A stretch of DNA of 32,000 nucleotides from positions 2,340,001 through 2,372,000 of the forward strand of contig NC_003272.1 of NCBI RefSeq assembly GCF_000009705.1. The letters run 5' to 3'. Each line of letters begins with the position of its first letter. The first letter of the stretch is position 1. Positions 26,837 through 32,000 of this stretch are shown in pieces. The notes under the pieces are model-generated. The model was not told the DNA's origin. It saw only the letters and a list, made by a program, of their open reading frames with translations, and ran no database searches. The position numbers were made by a program, and so were the translations under genes. The DNA comes from Nostoc sp. PCC 7120 = FACHB-418. GTDB lineage: Bacteria > Cyanobacteriota > Cyanobacteriia > Cyanobacteriales > Nostocaceae.

Positions 26837-27988
26837 CTAATTTCTTGTATTTTCTTGACCTTGATTTATTTCTTGTTTGTACTGAATATAGTTTTTATTT
26901 ACTTTTATAAACCCCAGTTCTAACAACTGATTAATATTTCTATATTCAATTGAATTATGCGAATGTAGAATTAATGTATTGTTCTCTAGTAGTACTTCCT
27001 GATAGCGTTTGTATTCTGAAGAATTGTTGTAATACTGTTTTTCTCGTACCGCTTTATCAACCACTTGTGTAAACTGAGGCAGAAATTTATAATGGAACAT
27101 AACACAAGTAATATCTGCTATGTTTGCCCATTGTACTAGATGGCTACCAACTAACTGTAATCGAAAGTTTGGCTTCAATAATGCAAACTTTGAGAGGAAA
27201 GGTGAGTTATTAAATACTCTGTTGCGAACGCCACCATAATGTAACTTTAAATTAGCCTTATCCTTCATTTTATTACTCAGTCCAGAAGGTAACAATTTCT
27301 CTTCGATATCTGCGATTTCAAACCATCGATGCGATTGCAGAAAGTCAAGATTTTTCCCATTACTCTGTGTTTGAATTGCTCCACGAGGAAACATATCTAG
27401 CATCTGTCCCATTACAGCATTATATCTGTGGATATCCAGCCATGCTAATAAGTCTCTAAACGAAATTTCATCAGAGCATGGATAATCAAAGAATTCATCA
27501 CAATCCACTAGCAGACACCAGCGATTAAACGAATAATGATCAATCAAGAACTGACGCATATCGCGTTTATATTCTGCAAAACTTAAATGGCACTCCACAA
27601 TAGTAACCTGTTTATATTTAGCAGCCCGCGAGATGGTTCCATCTTTTGAACCATTGTCCATCAAGACGATATGTTTAACACCTAGTGCTAGGTAATGTTG
27701 AATAAAAGATTCAATATAGTCTTCACAGTCTCGAACAACAGAAAGAACGGTACAATCAGACTTACTCCACCAAGTCAATCTCTTACCATGAATGTGTTTT
27801 ACATTTAACCATACATAAAAATATGAGCGTAGTCTTTCAAGCAGACGTGTAAATTGTTTTTTCCTATATTGGAGATGTTGTACTAGATTGTTAAGCATTT
27901 GTTTCAACTCACTCAATACATAATATTGGCGGTTTAACAGCCCCAGGATACAATTTCCACAAGCGAAGATACCGCCAAGTATCAACAA
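26837..27988 (-). CDS. Family-2-type glycosyltransferase (Glyco_tranf_2_4-like)
   Basis: Motifs: VLSVVRDCEDYIESFIQHYLALGVKHIVLMDNGSKDGT and DxD-type LLVDCDEF. The track start is a TTG at 27988. An alternative ATG lies at 27898, so the start is uncertain. Confidence 0.75.
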   Translation of the reverse strand: MLILGGIFACGNCILGLLNRQYYVLSELKQMLNNLVQHLQYRKKQFTRLLERLRSYFYVWLNVKHIHGKRLTWWSKSDCTVLSVVRDCEDYIESFIQHYLALGVKHIVLMDNGSKDGTISRAAKYKQVTIVECHLSFAEYKRDMRQFLIDHYSFNRWCLLVDCDEFFDYPCSDEISFRDLLAWLDIHRYNAVMGQMLDMFPRGAIQTQSNGKNLDFLQSHRWFEIADIEEKLLPSGLSNKMKDKANLKLHYGGVRNRVFNNSPFLSKFALLKPNFRLQLVGSHLVQWANIADITCVMFHYKFLPQFTQVVDKAVREKQYYNNSSEYKRYQEVLLENNTLILHSHNSIEYRNINQLLELGFIKVNKNYIQYKQEINQGQENTRN

Positions 27989-28245
27989 CTGTTTAGCAAT
28001 TAAAGACGAATTACGAGTATTTTTACTTACTACTACTTAATATCTGAGTGAGTATAACCGTAATTTCACCCTTAGCTATCAATATTATGTATGAATTACG
28101 TATTTTCCACCATAAATTTCTGAGATATTTATCTATACAGCATTCAGGCTTGATGGCGCAGGTGATATCTGCTTCGCCAGCCATAGAGTTGGTTGGGAAA
28201 ATACTGGTACCTTCAGGGAGAACTTCACATGGTTAACAATATAGT

Positions 28246-28348
28246 GGCGTGGCAAGAGCTTAAAATAATTTATGAAAAATAAAGCAAAAGTATTGATTTA
28301 TCTCAATTTTCTCAAAAATACATTGCAATATTTTAGCTTTGCCACGCC
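28246..28348. repeat. Long inverted repeat (about 20-nt arms, 61-nt AT-rich spacer)
   Basis: GGCGTGGCAAGAGCTTAAAATA (28246-28267) pairs with TATTTTAGCTTTGCCACGCC (28329-28348). The reverse complement matches apart from two single-nucleotide indels. Confidence 0.6.
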
Positions 28349-28424
28349 AATAGGCTCATAAGACGATGTGTGTAGCGATCGCTCTCAGTAGATAAATCCT
28401 CTGATATAATATAAATTATGATTT

Positions 28425-29402
28425 CTACTTACTAAGAGTTAGGACATTTTCCGTAACTAACCCAAGATCGGCTACAGCGTATTTGACAATCGTTGAAGTT
28501 TGGTTAGCACTACAAGAACTCTTCACACTGATAGTCCTATCTATATCTTTGATCAATTTAGCTCGATATGTATACAAAGAGCTAGAGCCTTGCTCAAAAG
28601 TTAATTCACCCACCATAGTATTGTTGTCCAAACTTTGCTCTAAAATCTTGGCTGAAACTCTGTAATTAAACCAACTCCATCCATGACTCAACATTAAATC
28701 TCTTTCTAGAACTTGAATAACTGGTGGTAAAATTCCCCAACCTCGATATACTTTTTTTAGACTTTGAATATCGCCAGTACGTGTCAAGATTGATAGAAAA
28801 GAATCCTGATCTAAAAGCCCATAATATCTCCCTTCCGGTAAGTCTATTGCTGTGGGTGCGAATCTATGACCACCAATGTGAGTTGATTGCCAAATTCGGA
28901 CATTTTCTAACTTCAAATTGGAGATAGTAGCGTTAGCATGGAAATAAAAAGAATTACCATATCTAGCACAACACTTATCATAACTACCGTGTGTACAAAC
29001 TAAAATATCTCTCGTTATATTTGTTTCTATATCAGACTCTGGTCGCTTACCCCATAACCATTTTTTGACAATACCAGCTACTTGCTCAATGTGCGTTAAT
29101 TTAAATTCATGCTTGAAATATCCACGACTTAAGCCTTCTTGTTTTTGATAAATTAAGAGGGTTGTATGATCTGCTTTATGGGTAAGATCATTAGCAATTA
29201 AAAGAAACCTAATTGGTAGTTTAGCTTTGTATACTTCTTCTACCAGCATCTGTAAATTATTCGGAACCCATCTCGAACTGAAAGCATTTTTTAGCCAGGG
29301 TTGAGGACACTCAACAAGAATATATGTTTGGTAATCAGTACCACTACCAATGATATCTTCCTCTACTTTCCTTGTGTAGTCTGAACAAAAAATATTACTC
29401 AT
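28425..29402 (-). CDS. Sucrase/ferredoxin-like (Suc_Fer-like, thioredoxin-fold) family protein
   Basis: 325 aa with an ATG start. ILVCTHGSYDKCCARYG and HIGGHRFAP motifs are characteristic of this family. Confidence 0.75.
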   Translation of the reverse strand: MSNIFCSDYTRKVEEDIIGSGTDYQTYILVECPQPWLKNAFSSRWVPNNLQMLVEEVYKAKLPIRFLLIANDLTHKADHTTLLIYQKQEGLSRGYFKHEFKLTHIEQVAGIVKKWLWGKRPESDIETNITRDILVCTHGSYDKCCARYGNSFYFHANATISNLKLENVRIWQSTHIGGHRFAPTAIDLPEGRYYGLLDQDSFLSILTRTGDIQSLKKVYRGWGILPPVIQVLERDLMLSHGWSWFNYRVSAKILEQSLDNNTMVGELTFEQGSSSLYTYRAKLIKDIDRTISVKSSCSANQTSTIVKYAVADLGLVTENVLTLSK

Positions 29403-30490
29403 TTTTCTATACTAATTTATTTTTCTTGTTGACGAATTAATGAAAAACAGTATTGTTTTCCACATTACAAAATTCCCATTTCAAAAAGTCAAAACTAATC
29501 CTTTTTATTTAAGGACTAACCCCAGGTAGGCACTTTATAACATTATTTTCAATCAGCGTCCTCCCTATTAAGAATAATTCTATATAAAATATCAATAACT
29601 TCCTGGTCATATCCGGTTAACATCTCCAAATGTTTAACTTGTCAGAAGCCACAAAGCAATAATTGACAGCTACGTATTTACTCAACTTGTTAGCAAATAG
29701 AGCAAGAATAGCAGTATTTATGACTAATTTACTGAGGTTATAACTTCTCATTGGAAAATAGATTTGAGGGAATTTACTGAATAAAAAATTAATATATTGA
29801 TCACAAATTAATCCTAAAGATAGTTGAATTATGTTTTTCTGTAACTAGTATTGATTTAGACTTTTACTGTCTAAGTATCATGTCTTGGCAACAACGCTAT
29901 TTTTTAGGAAGATGAAATTGATGGTGGCAGGTAATACATATTATTGAGAATTTTTATCAATAGTTTTATAAAAAAAAGGTAGAAGGCTCAGGAGACGTTA
30001 TGTTTTTAACTATCTCACATTCAGCACATTTAACTTTTGTCGGGAAAAGATGTTTTGAATTTCGTGTATTTATGTTTCAATCGTCTAAATACAGGTGAAC
30101 TATCCAAAAATCTTAGTTTTTATGCGGACTGGACTTATAAGTTGGATATTAACCCTGTGTTTATTTTACTCAACTGTACACAGTGAGAAATAATTCTTTA
30201 GACAGCTACTATTGAATTTAACCTAAAGAAATCATAAATGCAAGTATTTATTAATATTTATGATGAATTTTAAATCCGTGTGTTTCACAAACCTACTTCT
30301 GGGCAAGGTTTATAAGCATTTAAATATAGAAAAATCCATATTTATAGCTATTGGATAAATCAATGTAAATAATAAAAATTCTCAATAGATAAGATTAAAT
30401 GACATAACATCATAGATTTAACCAATGCACAGGTAAACTTTTTGCTGTGATGTCCTAGACTTAACCTGAATATTGGTTTTTGACGAAAAA

Positions 30491-31444
30491 ATGATGAAAT
30501 TAACTTTAGCGCTGGATTTTGGGGGAACGAAGCTAGCAGCAGGGTTAGTAAATGCTGATTCTAGAGAATGGTTGCGTTATGAACGTCGCTTTTCCCCAAT
30601 TAATGGCGATGCTAACACAGACTTGGCAATTATGCGATCGCTCATTCACTCCTTACTCCAAGGTGCAACTCCCGTCGCCATTGGTGTTAGCTTCGGCGGC
30701 CCCGTAGACGCAACCACTGGGACTGTCAGACTATCTCATCACGTCCCTGGCTGGGAAAATATTCCCCTCAAAAGCTTGCTAGAGAAAGAGTTTGGTGTAA
30801 CTACCAGTGTAGACAACGATGCCAACGTTGCGGCTTTAGGCGAACAGCACTTTGGCGCAGGCCAAGGATACGATAGCCTGTTTTACATTACCATCAGCAC
30901 TGGTGTGGGTGGCGGGTGGATACTCAACGGTAAACCTTGGCGGGGTGCAGTTGGGATGGCTGGTGAAATTGGCCATATAGTTGTAGAACCTGCTGGGCCT
31001 ATGTGTTTATGTGGTAAGCGTGGATGCGTAGAACGTTTAGCATCAGGGCCTTATATGGCGCAAAATGCCAAAGATATTTTAGAAAATCAACCAGAACGGG
31101 AAGACGGACAAATACTCAGAAATTTGGTAGGGAATAACTTAAATTTACTCACAGGTCAACTAATCAGCGAAGCGGCTATAAAAGGAGATCATCTAGCTCA
31201 AGCTGTTTTGCAAAAATCTGCTTGGGCTTTAGGTGTAGGTATCGGTAACGTAGCTAATCTCATTAACCCCCAACGTTTTATTTTAGGTGGTAGCGTCACC
31301 AAAGCAGGGGAAACTTGGTGGACTGTATTACAAGAAACAGCCAGATTCACAGCATTACCAGAAGTACCATTGGAAATCGTGCCGGCAGCATTAGCCGACG
31401 ATGCACCATTATGGGGTGCTGTAGCTTTAGCCCAAAATCTTTAA
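30491..31444 (+). CDS. ROK-family sugar kinase (glucokinase-like)
   Basis: Start moved from the TTG at 30473 to ATG 30491 (MMKLTLALDFGGTKLA). Motifs: DNDANVAALGE, GVGGG, and the Zn-binding ROK motif GHIVVEPAGPMCLCGKRGCVE. Confidence 0.9.
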   Translation: MMKLTLALDFGGTKLAAGLVNADSREWLRYERRFSPINGDANTDLAIMRSLIHSLLQGATPVAIGVSFGGPVDATTGTVRLSHHVPGWENIPLKSLLEKEFGVTTSVDNDANVAALGEQHFGAGQGYDSLFYITISTGVGGGWILNGKPWRGAVGMAGEIGHIVVEPAGPMCLCGKRGCVERLASGPYMAQNAKDILENQPEREDGQILRNLVGNNLNLLTGQLISEAAIKGDHLAQAVLQKSAWALGVGIGNVANLINPQRFILGGSVTKAGETWWTVLQETARFTALPEVPLEIVPAALADDAPLWGAVALAQNL

Positions 31445-31482
31445 TCAACTTTCCTTGTTTCGGTGTGAAATAAAACCAAATA

Positions 31483-32000
31483 TTACAAAACGGAAGACTT
31501 ACTCTCAGACACCTGAGTAAACGATTCAAACTCACCATTGGGCATCCATTGAATAGCCCCATCTTGGGCTGTCACGAAAACTTTAGTTGATGTTTTACTG
31601 AGTTCAGATAAGACCGTACTCTCAAGACTACCAGAAGAAGCGATCGCCACCTGCGGTTTGAGCATCATGACTAAATCCTTTAAAGACTCAGCATTACACC
31701 ACAAAACTTGAGGACTAGGCCAACCTCCAGCTTTCATAATTCTTTCTACCTCTTTCGGTTCCACATCCCCCACCAATAACCAACTCTGGCCTAACATTTG
31801 CAACTGCATCATTGGTTGTTCGTTGATTAATTGGGCTACCGTAGAACCAAGATTAATAGTTTGCCCAACAGGTAAAAGTTGATAAATGCCCTTTTGCTTT
31901 TGTAAGATTTGAGGTATGGCTTGATCTGCTAGAGAATTTTCCTTATTGGTAGCGTAGGCGTAAAAGTTTTTAATTGCCAAACGTTGCAGAACTTCTAACC
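31483..32000 (-). CDS. C-terminal part of a larger protein continuing past the right window edge; possibly the ComEC/Rec2-type C-terminal (degenerate MBL-fold) region
   Basis: The frame stays open from 31980 to 32000 (my translation ...LEVLQRLAIKNF), so the gene start lies outside the window. The pattern LLVGD...VLW....S...L...LKPQVAIASSG...VFVTAQDGAIQW resembles ComEC C-termini but lacks the HHGS motif. Confidence 0.4.
   Translation of the reverse strand, partial: LEVLQRLAIKNFYAYATNKENSLADQAIPQILQKQKGIYQLLPVGQTINLGSTVAQLINEQPMMQLQMLGQSWLLVGDVEPKEVERIMKAGGWPSPQVLWCNAESLKDLVMMLKPQVAIASSGSLESTVLSELSKTSTKVFVTAQDGAIQWMPNGEFESFTQVSESKSSVL

Noticed and set aside
28048-28236. 62-aa plus-strand ORF between the glycosyltransferase and Suc_Fer-like genes
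   Set aside because: I saw no convincing ribosome-binding site and no family resemblance. It lies in AT-rich spacer DNA, so it is more likely non-coding promoter or terminator space.
30000-30098. 32-aa ORF (MFLTISHSAHLTFVGKRCFEFRVFMFQSSKYR) preceded by GGAG
   Set aside because: It is too short and unremarkable to support as a gene from sequence alone. It is kept only as a note under the long-spacer finding.

Overview
The window looks like chromosomal DNA from a filamentous heterocystous cyanobacterium (Nostoc/Anabaena type). Support: frequent HIP1 palindromes (GCGATCGC), an STRR1 heptamer array (CCCCAGT), and the gene content. The flanks are mostly housekeeping or signalling genes: lipoate-protein ligase, clpC, an OmpR-type regulator, hisG, a three-gene GAF/PAS histidine-kinase phosphorelay cassette, an ABC exporter and a ROK kinase.

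The stand-out region is a minus-strand island of about 10 kb (14011-22966). I read it as a pPIWI-RE (Argonaute/PIWI-like) three-gene conflict system: a PD-(D/E)xK nuclease (380 aa), then a 1209-aa SF2/DinG-like helicase, then a PIWI-RE protein of about 990 aa.

The PIWI-RE gene is broken twice. An IS630-family element sits in it with a TA target duplication, and removing the element restores the reading frame exactly. A single in-frame TAA also interrupts it.

A divergently transcribed XRE repressor / ImmA-IrrE metallopeptidase pair lies next to the island, with a palindromic candidate operator in the shared promoter region. An internally deleted GNAT remnant marks the far edge.

Other notable items:
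- a structured STRR-containing element inserted in frame inside the ATPase domain of a histidine kinase;
- a membrane-anchored TIR-domain protein;
- an AT-rich block at 26.3-30.5 kb with no HIP1 inside its genes, including about 1.1 kb with no long ORF.

No tRNA, rRNA or CRISPR array was seen. All family assignments come from motif recognition by eye and need HMM or structure confirmation.
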